Positions 27,282 to 36,713 of a DNA stretch of 64,000 nt are shown piece after piece. This DNA is from a virus: positions 21,242 to 85,241 of the IMG/VR virus record IMGVR_UViG_3300024333_000005; one strand, 5' to 3'. The stretch's first letter is position 1; the number at the start of each line of letters is the position of its first letter. A program made the position numbers and the translations under genes. The notes beneath the pieces were generated by a model, which worked only from the letters and a program-made list of their open reading frames with translations, did not search any database and had not been told where the DNA came from.

Positions 27282-29566
27282 CCCGCCCCGCTCCCACCTC
27301 TGCCGGCCTGGGCCTGCACGGCGGCTACTTCGCCCGTATCGCCCGCACCTTCGCTCGGGACTGGGGGGTGCAGGTTCGGGTCGGGTCCTGCGCCCGGGCG
27401 CTCCTGACGCGAGGCGTCGTCGAGCTGCCGGGCGCGGTCGAGTTCCTGGAGGGCGAGGGCCGGGCGGCCCTGGAGGGGCTGCTCGACCACGAGGCGGCCG
27501 GCCACCTGCTCCAGGAGAAGGAGTGGCCCGAGGGCCAGCGCCCGTCGGACGTGCTGATGCGAGTGCTGGAGCGGCCCGACGCGGCCCGCGTGAAGCGGCT
27601 GCTCAACGTCGCCGAGGACGTGCGGGTGGAGCGGGCGGCGGCGGCCCGCTGGCCGGGGATCGCCGCAAACCTGCTCGCCGCTCATCGCTTCATGGCCGGC
27701 CGCCTGCGGCGCACTCACGAGACGGACCCCCTGCCAGCGGTCGAGCAGGCGTTGCTCCTGGTGCTCGCCCGAGCCCGGGGCTACGCTGACCACTACGCGT
27801 GGCTCCCACCCGAGGCGCACGCGCTGGTGGACCGCCTGGGGCCCGAGGTCGAGCGGGTCCGCTCCGCCGTCACGCCGGAGGACGCCTACGAGGCGGCCCT
27901 GGCGCTCCAGGCGGGCCTGGAGCGGCTGGCGGCTCCCCCGCCGCCCCCGCCGCCCTCCCCCGCCGCCGCCCCTGCCGGGAGCGGCGAGGACGAGGACGAG
28001 ACCCCCCAGACCCCCGAGGACCCCGAGAGCGCCGGCGCCAGCGAGGGCGGGGACGACGAGGACGAGGGGGATGGCGGGGACGACGAGGACGAGGACGAGG
28101 ACGGCGGCGGCGAGGGCGAGCTGGGCCCCGAGGGGGAGGACGGGCTGGGAGGGGAAGGCGAGGCTCTGCCTCCGCCCGAGCTGGACGAGGCGGACGACTC
28201 GGAGCCCGGCGAGGACGACGGCGAGGGCGGCGAGGGCGGCGAGGGGGCCGAAGGCGACGGCTGTGGAAGCGAGGACGAGGGCGAGGACGAGGGCGAGGAT
28301 GGGGAGGACGACGGCGGCCGCGGGAGCGACGAGGACGGCGACGAGAGGGCGGAGGGCGACGGCTGCGGAAGCGAGGGCGATGACGAGGGGCCTGGCGACG
28401 CCGAGGGTGCCGAGGGGCAGGAGTCTGGCGAGGACGAGGGCGGGGACGAGCAGGACGGGGCGGCCGGCGAGGGCACCGACGACAGGAGCGGCGAGGGCGC
28501 CGGGGAGGGCGGGGCGGCCGGCGCCGGGTCGGGGCCTCCCGACGAGGACCCGGACCCGGCCGACAAGGGCGAAGTCGCCGGCGAGGCGCTGGCGGTCCTG
28601 ACGGGCTTGGAGGACCTGGACCCGACCGCCTCCTTCCGCGAGGGCGCTCTGAATGAGCTGGTGCGGGAAGCGGAAGCGGCGGCCCGGGAGGCTCCCTGGC
28701 GGGACCTTCCCCATCCGGCTGCCGCGGCCAGGGACCGCTTCGCCAACACCTGCCCGTCTGCCCGGTCCCAAGCGACCTACTCGGCGGCCTGGGCGGCCGC
28801 GCAGAAGGTGATCGGCGGCCTCTCGGCCCGGCTGGCCGCGCTGCTGCGGACGACCCGGGAGCAGCGGCTTGCCGACCGGCGCACCGGCCGGGTGGACCCG
28901 ACCGCCCTGCACCGGGTCCGGGCTGGCCGGACCGACGTTTTCGAGCAGGACCTCCGGCTGCCGGGGCTGGACACGGCGGTCGCCATCCTGCTCGACGAGT
29001 CGGGCTCCATGAGCGGCGGGCGGGCGGGCGCGGCCCGGGAGCTGGTCCTGGCCCTGGGCGAAGCGCTGCACCGGGCTGCCGTTCCCTTCGAGGTGCTCGG
29101 CTGGTGGGAGGAACCTGCCCGGGGGGCGGGGAGCGAGGGTGGCCTCTACACCCGCATCGAGGCTCGGGTGGTCCACGAGTTCAAGACCTATGGCGAGTCC
29201 TGGCCGAGGGTGCGGGGGCGGCTTGGTCACTCGGGCGGCTACGGCAACAACGACGACGCCGGGGCGACCCTCTACGTTGCCCGCCGGCTGGCGGCCCGGC
29301 CGGAGCGGCGCAAGGTGCTCTTCGTCGTCTCCGACGGCGCCCCCTGCCACGCCGGCCGCAGCACGCCGGAGGCCCGGGAGGACCTCAAGGGCGCCCTGGG
29401 CCTGGTCGAGCGGGCCGGAATCGAGACCGCGGGCATCGGCATCGCCTCCCCCCACGGGCAGGACTTGTACGGGCGGTGGGAGACGGTTGCCTCCCTGGCC
29501 GACCTGCCCGGGGCCGCGGTCCGGCTGCTCCAGAAGCTCCTGGTCCCCTGTAGGAGGGCCGCCTGA
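27278..29566 (+). CDS. CobT-like vWA-domain protein with long acidic linker
   Basis: N-term 'LDHEAAGH' and 'N..EDVRVE'; long D/E/G-rich linker; 'GRVD', MIDAS 'DESGSM', 'VVSDG.P', 'GIGI'. Confidence 0.88.
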   Translation: MTRPAPTSAGLGLHGGYFARIARTFARDWGVQVRVGSCARALLTRGVVELPGAVEFLEGEGRAALEGLLDHEAAGHLLQEKEWPEGQRPSDVLMRVLERPDAARVKRLLNVAEDVRVERAAAARWPGIAANLLAAHRFMAGRLRRTHETDPLPAVEQALLLVLARARGYADHYAWLPPEAHALVDRLGPEVERVRSAVTPEDAYEAALALQAGLERLAAPPPPPPPSPAAAPAGSGEDEDETPQTPEDPESAGASEGGDDEDEGDGGDDEDEDEDGGGEGELGPEGEDGLGGEGEALPPPELDEADDSEPGEDDGEGGEGGEGAEGDGCGSEDEGEDEGEDGEDDGGRGSDEDGDERAEGDGCGSEGDDEGPGDAEGAEGQESGEDEGGDEQDGAAGEGTDDRSGEGAGEGGAAGAGSGPPDEDPDPADKGEVAGEALAVLTGLEDLDPTASFREGALNELVREAEAAAREAPWRDLPHPAAAARDRFANTCPSARSQATYSAAWAAAQKVIGGLSARLAALLRTTREQRLADRRTGRVDPTALHRVRAGRTDVFEQDLRLPGLDTAVAILLDESGSMSGGRAGAARELVLALGEALHRAAVPFEVLGWWEEPARGAGSEGGLYTRIEARVVHEFKTYGESWPRVRGRLGHSGGYGNNDDAGATLYVARRLAARPERRKVLFVVSDGAPCHAGRSTPEAREDLKGALGLVERAGIETAGIGIASPHGQDLYGRWETVASLADLPGAAVRLLQKLLVPCRRAA

Positions 29567-29940
29567 TGCCGACCTTGGACGAAGTTCGACGCCGCTTCTC
29601 GGCGGCATCGGCGCCTCCCGAGCCGGCCCCGGTTGACGCCCCGGACGGAGCGTCCGGGGTGGACCAGAGCAAGGTGCGGGCCCGGCGCAACCGGACGGCC
29701 GCGGCCCTGCACCGCAGTCCGGCCCCGGCGCCGTTCGCGCCCGGTGGCGCACCGCGCCTGACGAGCCGGCACTACGAGCTCCTGGACGGCGGGACCGACG
29801 CCTTGCTGCGCTTCGGCAAGCATGCGGGGAGCAAGGTGTCGGCCCTCGCGGCCCGGGGCGACGGACGCCACTACTTGTTGTGGCTCCTGGAGCAGGGGTT
29901 CCCCGAGGACCTGAAGGCGGTGGTGCGACGATGCCTCTGA
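29566..29940 (+). CDS. Small protein with 'FGKH.G' domain (ExoX C-terminal-like)
   Basis: 'LRFGKHAG..V......YLLWL' motif. Confidence 0.6.
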   Translation: MPTLDEVRRRFSAASAPPEPAPVDAPDGASGVDQSKVRARRNRTAAALHRSPAPAPFAPGGAPRLTSRHYELLDGGTDALLRFGKHAGSKVSALAARGDGRHYLLWLLEQGFPEDLKAVVRRCL

Positions 29941-30479
29941 AGCCCGAGGACGTGCTGGACATCGCCCGGCAGGAGGTGGCCTCCCTGCGCCTCTGCCGGG
30001 TGCCTCCCGCGGACCGGGAGGACCTGGTGCAGGCGGGAGCGGAGCGGGCCCTGCGGGCCTGGGGCCGGCTCTCGCCAGACCGCACCGAGCGGGAGCAGCG
30101 GGCCTACCTGGGGGTGTGCGCCCGGTCGGGGATCTACGACGCCCTGTCGGCCCGGGGCCGGGCCCTCGCCGAGGTCCCCTGCGGGGCGGTCGAGGTCGAC
30201 GACCTGGCGAACCCGGAGGACCTGCTGATCGCCCGGGAGGTCGGGCTGGCCCTGGCGGAGGTGCTGACCGAAGCCCTGGCCCGCATGGGGCCTCACACCC
30301 GGGCGGTAGCGCTCGCTCACCTGGGCGCCGAGCCCCTCCCGCAGTCCCTCCGGGCCGAGCTGCGGCCCGGGACCTTCTGGTGGCACGCCCACCGTGCCCG
30401 GGCCGTGGTCCGGGCCGTCGAACAGGAGAGAGGATGGGACGCCGCTTCCGGCACGGCGAGTGCCTTGTTGAGCGGCTAG
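29931..30479 (+). CDS. Sigma70 region 2-like protein (divergent phage sigma factor)
   Basis: 'DREDLVQ.G', 'AYL..CAR..IYD.L', 'NPED.L' patterns. Confidence 0.65.
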   Translation: MPLKPEDVLDIARQEVASLRLCRVPPADREDLVQAGAERALRAWGRLSPDRTEREQRAYLGVCARSGIYDALSARGRALAEVPCGAVEVDDLANPEDLLIAREVGLALAEVLTEALARMGPHTRAVALAHLGAEPLPQSLRAELRPGTFWWHAHRARAVVRAVEQERGWDAASGTASALLSG

Positions 30480-31168
30480 GCTCGCTCCCCGGGTGCCTCG
30501 GCCACTACGCGGCCGGGGACCCCGAGTGCGACCGACCGCCGCCCTGCACCTGGGCGGTCTACTGCCGGGCCTACCGGGACTCGTGCGCCCGGCGGGGGGT
30601 GGACCCGGCGAAGGAGCGGGCCGAGCTGCCCCCGAAGCTGCTCGCCGAGCTGGTCGACACCGCCCTCTGCCGCCCGCCCAGGGGGAAGGGCGGGCACCGG
30701 CACCAGCGGCAGCTTGCGGCCTGGGAGATGTTCGCCGAGGCGTTCCGCCAGGCGAGCGGGGTTCGGGTGGCGCAGGTAGGGGCGGCCGAGCCGGGAGAGG
30801 TCGTCTACCACGAGTGGCGGTCGCCGAGTGCCTTGTTCCGGGCCCGGGCCGCCAAGGTCGTCCTCGCCGACGGGACCCTCGCTCCCGGGGCCCTCTGGCG
30901 CTACTGGCCGACCCGGCGTCGGGTCGTGCAACCGACCATCGAGTACGCCTGCCCCCTGCGGGACCTGCTCGCCGCGTTTCCCGAGGCGGCTCGCCTCGGG
31001 GAACGGTGGCAACGGCAGGGGCCCGAGGGCCGGGGAGGGCTGGGCGCGGCGGTGCTCGGACTGCGGCCGGAGCGCATCGGAGACGCCGGCCGACTGGCGG
31101 CTCGGCTCCTGGAGAGGGGCCTACTCGCCGGCGCCCGAGTGGTTTCTGGCGGGTGGGTCCGGCTGTGA
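30434..31168 (+). CDS. Hypothetical protein with N-terminal Cys4 motif
   Basis: AGGAG RBS; 'CLGHY..GDPEC...C....C'. Confidence 0.65.
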   Translation: MGRRFRHGECLVERLGSLPGCLGHYAAGDPECDRPPPCTWAVYCRAYRDSCARRGVDPAKERAELPPKLLAELVDTALCRPPRGKGGHRHQRQLAAWEMFAEAFRQASGVRVAQVGAAEPGEVVYHEWRSPSALFRARAAKVVLADGTLAPGALWRYWPTRRRVVQPTIEYACPLRDLLAAFPEAARLGERWQRQGPEGRGGLGAAVLGLRPERIGDAGRLAARLLERGLLAGARVVSGGWVRL

Positions 31169-34100
31169 GCTTCGCCCACCTGCACACCCACAGCCATGCT
31201 TCCGCCTTCGATGGCTTGGGCCGCCACGTCGAGTTCGCCCGGCGGGCGGCGGCCCTGGGGCAGCCGGCCATCGCCTTCACCGAGCACGGGTCGGTACGAG
31301 GGCTCTACGAGGCGCACCTGGCCTGCGCCGAGGTGGGCCTGCGCCTGGTCCCCGGCGTCGAGGCGTACCTGGTCGAGGACGCCGAGCGCCGGGGGCTCGC
31401 CGAAGCGGAGAGGGCGGCGCTGAAGGACCGACCCGAGGCCCTGAAGCGGGCCGAGCAGGAGCGGCGGGAGCGAAGCCACCTGACCCTCTGGGCGCTCGAC
31501 GACGAGGGCCTGCGCAACCTCTACCGGCTCACCACCTGGTCATGGGCCCAGGGCTTCTACTACAAGCCGCGGGTGGACCTGGCCCGGCTCCGGCTCTACG
31601 GCGCCGGGCTGGCGGCCTCTACCGGCTGCGCGGGCGACGGCCACGTGGTCGTCCCCCTGGCCCGAGGCGACTACCGGGAGGCGCTCGACCGGCTGGAGGA
31701 CCTGCTCGCCCTGTTCCCCGGGCGCCTCTACGTCGAGGTGATGCCGCACGTCCCGGCCGGCCGGGAGGCGGTGCTGCCGGCCCTGCTCCGGCTGGCCGAG
31801 CGGTTCGACCTGCCCCTGCTCGCCACCCAGGACGCCCACTATCCCGAGGCGGCCGACGCCTACGCCCACGAGGTCCTGCTGTGCATCCAGACCCGGGGCA
31901 AGATGGCCGACCCCGACCGCTTCCGGTTCGACGGGCGGGAGTACTGGCTCCGCTCCCGGGAAGAGATGGCGGCGGCCTTCCGGGCCCGGGGGCTGCCGGG
32001 ACCTGCCGTCGAGCGGGCGCTCGACGAGACCCTGGCCTTGGCCGACCGCTGCGCGGCCCGGGTGCAGACGGCGGAGGCCGGGCGCTACCTGATCGCGCCC
32101 GAGCTGCCGGCGGGGATTCCGACCTACGATGCCTGGCTGCTCCGGCTCTGCCACGAGGGGATGCGGGTCCGGGGCCTGACCGGCGCCGGGGCGGCCTACC
32201 TCGACCGGCTGGCGCACGAGCTGGAGGTCCTGTGGGAGCACCGCTTCGCCCCCTACTTCCTGGCGGTCTGGGACGTGGTGCGGTGGGCCCGGGAGCAGGA
32301 CATACGGGTTGGCCCTGGCCGGGGGTCCGCGGCCGGCTCCCTGGTCGCCTACCTGCTCGGGATCACCCAGCTTGACCCGCTGCGGCACGACCTGATGTTC
32401 GAGCGGTTCATCGCTCCCGGGAGGCGGGACCTGCCCGACATCGACCTCGACTTCCAAGCCGACCGCCGGGAGGAAGTGCTGGAGTACCTGCGCCGGCGCT
32501 ACGGCGAGGACCGGGTCGCGGCGATCAGCACGCAGATCACCTTCGGCGGGCGGCGGGCCCTGCGGGACCTGGGCCGGGTCTTCGCCGTGCCGGACCGGGA
32601 GCTGACCCCTGCCGCCTCTCTGCTCCCCCTGGTGCCCGACCCCGGCGACGAGCGCACCTTGGCGGAGGTCCTGGGCGAGTCGGCAGTGGGCGCGGCCTTC
32701 GTGGCCGCGCACCCGGAGGTGGCCGAGGTGGCCGGCCGCCTGGAGGGGCAGATCCGGGACGTGGGCCTGCACGCCGCCGGGGTGGTCCTGTCCTCGGTCC
32801 CGGTCGCCGAAGTGGTGCCCCTGGAGTCCCGGCCCCGCCGAGGCGGAGCCCGAGTGCCGGCGGTGGCCTACGACATGCGGGCGGCCGAGGCCGCGGGCCT
32901 GGTCAAGATCGACGTGCTCGGGCTGCGGACCCTGGTGGTCCTCGCCGAGGCGGCCCGGGCGGCGGGCGTAGACCCGGACCGGATCGACTGCGACGACCCT
33001 GCGGCCCTGGGAATCTTCGCCGGGGGCCGGCTGGCGGGCATCTTCCAGTTCGACACCCCGACCGCCCGGCGTCTCTGCCGGGCCGCGGCGAGCCGGATCA
33101 GCTTCGAGGTCCTGGTGGCCCTGAACGCCCTCAACCGGCCCGGCCCCCTGGCCGCGGGCCTGGCCGACGCGTACGTCCGCCGGCTGGTCGAGGGCGATGC
33201 CCCACCGGCCCTGCATCCTGTCTACGACCGGATCATGGCGGCGACCCTGGGCGTGCCGGTCTACCAGGAGCAGGTAGTGGCCCTGGCCCGGGACCTGGCC
33301 GGCTACTCCCCGGAGGACGCCGACGGGCTGCGCAAGATGATCGCGAAGAAGCTCCCGGGTCTGGCGGCCGAGGCCCCGCGGTTCGTGGCCGGGGCGACGG
33401 CCGCGGGTCTGGCCGAGGACGAGGCGGCCGACCTGTTCCGGCGACTGGTGGGGTTCGGGCGCTACGCCTTCAACCGCTCCCATGCCGCTGCCTACGCCTA
33501 CCTCGCGGTCCAGCTTGCCTTCCTCAAGGCCCACCACCCGGTCGCCTTCTACGCTGCGGCCCTGGCGGCCGAGCCCGACGACCGGGTGCAGATGCGACTT
33601 GCCGGCGAGGCCCGGGCGGCCGGGACCCGGGTGTCGCCTCCCGACGTGAACCGCTCCCGGGAGCGGGGCTTCGGCGGTGGCGAGGGCGAGATCGTCGGTG
33701 CCCTCTCGGCCCTCAAGGGGATCGGCCCGGCGGCTGCCGCAGCCGTGGTGGCCGCGGCCCCCTTCCGGGACCTGCTCGACTTCTACCGGCGCACGGCCGG
33801 AGCCGGCTGCCGGGCGGTGACGGCCCGGACCTTCGGGGTGCTCGCCCAGGCGACGGCCCTGCGTTCCCTCTGCCCGACTGGCGGCCCTTTCCTGGCGGCG
33901 AACGCGGCGGCGGTGTGGGCGCGGCTGCGAGCTGGCGAGCAACCCGAGCTGCGGCCCGAGGCGGCGCCGGCCTGGCGGGAGGGCGAGCAGGCGGCGACGG
34001 TGTCCGCGGTCTGGCCGCTGTTCGTCGACCTCGCCGGTCAAGGCGCCTTGGAGGGCGCGGCTGCTCGCCTGCGCTGCCTCTGGGGGCCGACGCACGACCC

Positions 34101-34746
34101 GGCCGACCCGGCGCTCGTCGAGGCGGGCACCTACCTGGTCGCGGGCTACCTGGCGGCCTGTAAGCGCTTCGATGCCGACGGCTCGGCCCGGCTGGCGCTG
34201 GCGGCGACTACCGGCGAAGAGCTGTCCCTGCGGGCCGACGCCGACGTGGCCGAGCGGGCTGGCGGTGCCCTGGACAAGGTCGGCGGGGTGGTCCTGGCCC
34301 TGGTCCACCGGACCGAGCGAGGTGCCCTGTCGGCCGAGGCACTGTGGGCGGAGGCGGCCTGCAAGAGCGACCTGCTCTTCCGGTTCTTCCGCGAGCCCTG
34401 GCGGACCCGCCCGCTCGACCCGGCTGCCGCTCTGCGGCGAGCTGGCGAGGGCCAAGCCTTCGGGGTCGAGGGGGTACTGGTCCGGGTGCGCCAGCACACC
34501 GACCGCTCCGGGGCCGCAATGCGCACCCTGGGCATCGCCGGTGCCCGGGGCTACCTGCGGGTTCTGGCCTTCGCTTCCCGGATGGGTGCGGACGTTCGCG
34601 CCCTGCGGGCGGGCGACCTGGTGAGCCTGCGGCTGCGCCGGCTTGACGGCGGGGCGGCCGCGTTGACCGATGCTCCGGCCCGCAAAGGGCCCGGGGCCTT
34701 CAAGGGTAGGGCAGTAGGAGGCCACGATGGCGCGTACGAGCGATAG
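31165..34746 (+). CDS. dnaE: DNA polymerase III alpha subunit (C family)
   Basis: PHP 'HLHTHS..S..DG', 'DAHY'; 'GPGRGSAAGSL', 'FERF', 'PDIDLDF', 'HAAG', 'KIDVLGL', 'YAFNRSH'. Confidence 0.97.
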   Translation: MSFAHLHTHSHASAFDGLGRHVEFARRAAALGQPAIAFTEHGSVRGLYEAHLACAEVGLRLVPGVEAYLVEDAERRGLAEAERAALKDRPEALKRAEQERRERSHLTLWALDDEGLRNLYRLTTWSWAQGFYYKPRVDLARLRLYGAGLAASTGCAGDGHVVVPLARGDYREALDRLEDLLALFPGRLYVEVMPHVPAGREAVLPALLRLAERFDLPLLATQDAHYPEAADAYAHEVLLCIQTRGKMADPDRFRFDGREYWLRSREEMAAAFRARGLPGPAVERALDETLALADRCAARVQTAEAGRYLIAPELPAGIPTYDAWLLRLCHEGMRVRGLTGAGAAYLDRLAHELEVLWEHRFAPYFLAVWDVVRWAREQDIRVGPGRGSAAGSLVAYLLGITQLDPLRHDLMFERFIAPGRRDLPDIDLDFQADRREEVLEYLRRRYGEDRVAAISTQITFGGRRALRDLGRVFAVPDRELTPAASLLPLVPDPGDERTLAEVLGESAVGAAFVAAHPEVAEVAGRLEGQIRDVGLHAAGVVLSSVPVAEVVPLESRPRRGGARVPAVAYDMRAAEAAGLVKIDVLGLRTLVVLAEAARAAGVDPDRIDCDDPAALGIFAGGRLAGIFQFDTPTARRLCRAAASRISFEVLVALNALNRPGPLAAGLADAYVRRLVEGDAPPALHPVYDRIMAATLGVPVYQEQVVALARDLAGYSPEDADGLRKMIAKKLPGLAAEAPRFVAGATAAGLAEDEAADLFRRLVGFGRYAFNRSHAAAYAYLAVQLAFLKAHHPVAFYAAALAAEPDDRVQMRLAGEARAAGTRVSPPDVNRSRERGFGGGEGEIVGALSALKGIGPAAAAAVVAAAPFRDLLDFYRRTAGAGCRAVTARTFGVLAQATALRSLCPTGGPFLAANAAAVWARLRAGEQPELRPEAAPAWREGEQAATVSAVWPLFVDLAGQGALEGAAARLRCLWGPTHDPADPALVEAGTYLVAGYLAACKRFDADGSARLALAATTGEELSLRADADVAERAGGALDKVGGVVLALVHRTERGALSAEALWAEAACKSDLLFRFFREPWRTRPLDPAAALRRAGEGQAFGVEGVLVRVRQHTDRSGAAMRTLGIAGARGYLRVLAFASRMGADVRALRAGDLVSLRLRRLDGGAAALTDAPARKGPGAFKGRAVGGHDGAYER

Positions 34747-35005
34747 GGAGCGGCGGGCGACGGCGAGCGACATCGCCCGCCGGGCCGGGGTCGACCTGGC
34801 GGTGGTCCAGGAGGTCTTCTTGGCCATCCTGGCCGAGCTGCACCTGGGCCGGGAGGTGCGGATCGCCGGGTTCGGGTTCTTCCGGCGGCACTGGTCCCCG
34901 CCCCGGAAGCTCCGCACCCCGGTCGTGCCGGGGGGCATCGCCGAAGTCCCCGGGAGCTGGTGTGTCCGCTTCCGGCGGGCGCCGACGAGCCGGGAGAAGC
35001 TGTGA
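34727..35005 (+). CDS. HU/IHF-like DNA-binding protein
   Basis: 'IARRAG', 'G.EVRIAGFG.F', 'PRK.R.P', 'VRFR'. Confidence 0.8.
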   Translation: MARTSDRERRATASDIARRAGVDLAVVQEVFLAILAELHLGREVRIAGFGFFRRHWSPPRKLRTPVVPGGIAEVPGSWCVRFRRAPTSREKL

Positions 35006-35499
35006 GGGCCGACCCGAGCCCGGGCCTGGTGCTGACCGGGGACCTGGCCACGGATTCGGCCGAGGCCCTCCGCGGCCTGGCCAGCTCGGTCCGCGGCCTG
35101 GGCGAGGCGACGCTGGAGATCGAGCAGGCGGATGCCCAATACCGGGCCTGGCGGGCAACCGCGACCGTCGAGCAGCTTGCCGACGGGGCAAGCGCCGAGT
35201 GGAAGGTCAAGGCCCAGGTGGAGGCGCTTCCTGCCTTCCTGGTCCACAAGCGCCGGCTGGCCGAAGCCGAGGCGGCCTTGGCCCGGGCCCGGGCCCTGCA
35301 TGATGCCCTCCGGGCCCAGGTCAACCTCATCCGGGACCGGGTCACCTTGGCAACGGCTGGTCTGGCCGCGGCCGAGGGCGACGCCCTGGACCCGCCGACC
35401 CGCTACCACGCTGCGCCCCCGGCCCCTCCGGCCGAGGCGCGGGAATCCCGAGCGGCCCGGGTGCGGGCCGCAATGCTGCGAGGAAAGGAGGCTCCCTGA
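35002..35499 (+). CDS. Helical protein, possible UvsY-like recombination mediator
   Basis: Coiled-coil composition; position immediately before SSB and RecA. Confidence 0.4.
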   Translation: MRADPSPGLVLTGDLATDSAEALRGLASSVRGLGEATLEIEQADAQYRAWRATATVEQLADGASAEWKVKAQVEALPAFLVHKRRLAEAEAALARARALHDALRAQVNLIRDRVTLATAGLAAAEGDALDPPTRYHAAPPAPPAEARESRAARVRAAMLRGKEAP

Positions 35500-36713
35500 T
35501 GGCGATGGACATGGACCGCTTCCAGGCCCGCCGGGACGCCGGCAAGCGCCGGGGCGAGGGCTTCTTCCGCTTCCCCGAGGGGCACACCCTGGTCTACCTG
35601 GCGCCCCCGACCGAGGCAATGGACGGGGTGCCATTCGTCGAGCTGGCCGTCCACTACGGAGTCGGGCCGGCGAACAAGATGGCGGTCTGCCTCGACGCCT
35701 CCAACGAGGTCCTGCGCCACCCGGCGGTGGTCAAGGCGCTCGCCGCCCGCAAGGTCAGCGTCGAGGGCGGCTGCCCGGTCTGCGCGGTGGTGGACGGGAT
35801 CGACCCGCTCCCCGGCGGCGGCGACTCCAAGCGCGTCGACCGGATGGCGATCAAGACGCAGTACGCCTTCGTCGTCGTTCCGTGGGCGACCCTGGAGCGG
35901 CGGGAGCGCCGCGACCTCCCGGAGGGGGAGCGGGTGCCCCGCCTCCTGCTCGCCGGCTACTCGATCTGGGACGGCATCTGCGCCGTGATCGAGACCGAGG
36001 GCGACATCACCGACCCGGCCAAGGCGACCCTGCTCCGGGTGTCCCGCACCGGCGCCGGCCTGGCGACCGAGTACCGGGTGGCGGCCGACTCCGACACCGT
36101 CCGGGAGCCGCTGCGCCTCCCCAAGGCGCAGCGGGCCCTCCTGCGCAAGGCGCAGGACGCCGGCGGGGACTGCGACCTCCACCGGCTGGTCGCCAACCTG
36201 GTGAAGGACCGGGAGGCGGTCGTGGCCCTGCTGCGGGGCGACGCGGTGGAGCGGCGGGAGGCGGCCCCGCCCGACAAGCCCTACTGCTTCGGGCTGGACT
36301 ACGACGCCGACGACGGCGAGTGCAAGGCGTGCGGCTCGGTGACCGAGTGCGCGGCCGCGACCGGCGCCTCGGCGCCCGCCGCCGCCCCGAAGCCGACCGC
36401 CAGCGCCCCGAAGCCGGCCGCCAAGCCCGCCGCCCCCGCCGCCCCCGCCGCCCCGGCCAAGCCGGCCGCCGCCCCGAAGCCCCCGGTCGCGGCCAAGCCG
36501 AAGCCGGCGGCCCCGCCGCCGCCCCCGCCGCCCGAGCCCGACGAGGACGAGCCGGAGGACGAGCCGGAGGATGAGCCGGAGCCGGAGGACGAGGCCCCGC
36601 CGGAGGCGGCCGCCTCGGCCCCCGCGCCCGCCGACGGCGCCGGCGACTCGGCCAGCGAGCTGGACGAGTTCGAGCGGGAGCTGTTGGCCCGCCGCAAGGC
36701 CCGCGCCAAGTGA
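35499..36713 (+). CDS. gp32-like single-stranded DNA-binding protein
   Basis: 'FFRF.EG', 'PF.E..VHY', 'C...CPVC', 'DITDP..', 'G.G.ATEY'; Pro/Ala linker and acidic tail. Confidence 0.8.
   Translation: MAMDMDRFQARRDAGKRRGEGFFRFPEGHTLVYLAPPTEAMDGVPFVELAVHYGVGPANKMAVCLDASNEVLRHPAVVKALAARKVSVEGGCPVCAVVDGIDPLPGGGDSKRVDRMAIKTQYAFVVVPWATLERRERRDLPEGERVPRLLLAGYSIWDGICAVIETEGDITDPAKATLLRVSRTGAGLATEYRVAADSDTVREPLRLPKAQRALLRKAQDAGGDCDLHRLVANLVKDREAVVALLRGDAVERREAAPPDKPYCFGLDYDADDGECKACGSVTECAAATGASAPAAAPKPTASAPKPAAKPAAPAAPAAPAKPAAAPKPPVAAKPKPAAPPPPPPPEPDEDEPEDEPEDEPEPEDEAPPEAAASAPAPADGAGDSASELDEFERELLARRKARAK

Noticed and set aside
27940-28560. GAG/GAC/GGC-rich and CCG/GCC-rich tracts (also 36370-36620) as DNA repeats
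   Set aside because: Explained by acidic and Pro/Ala protein linkers
26358-29566. CobS/CobT as cobalamin-synthesis auxiliary metabolic genes
   Set aside because: No CobN or other cob genes; MoxR-vWA chaperone interpretation is more parsimonious
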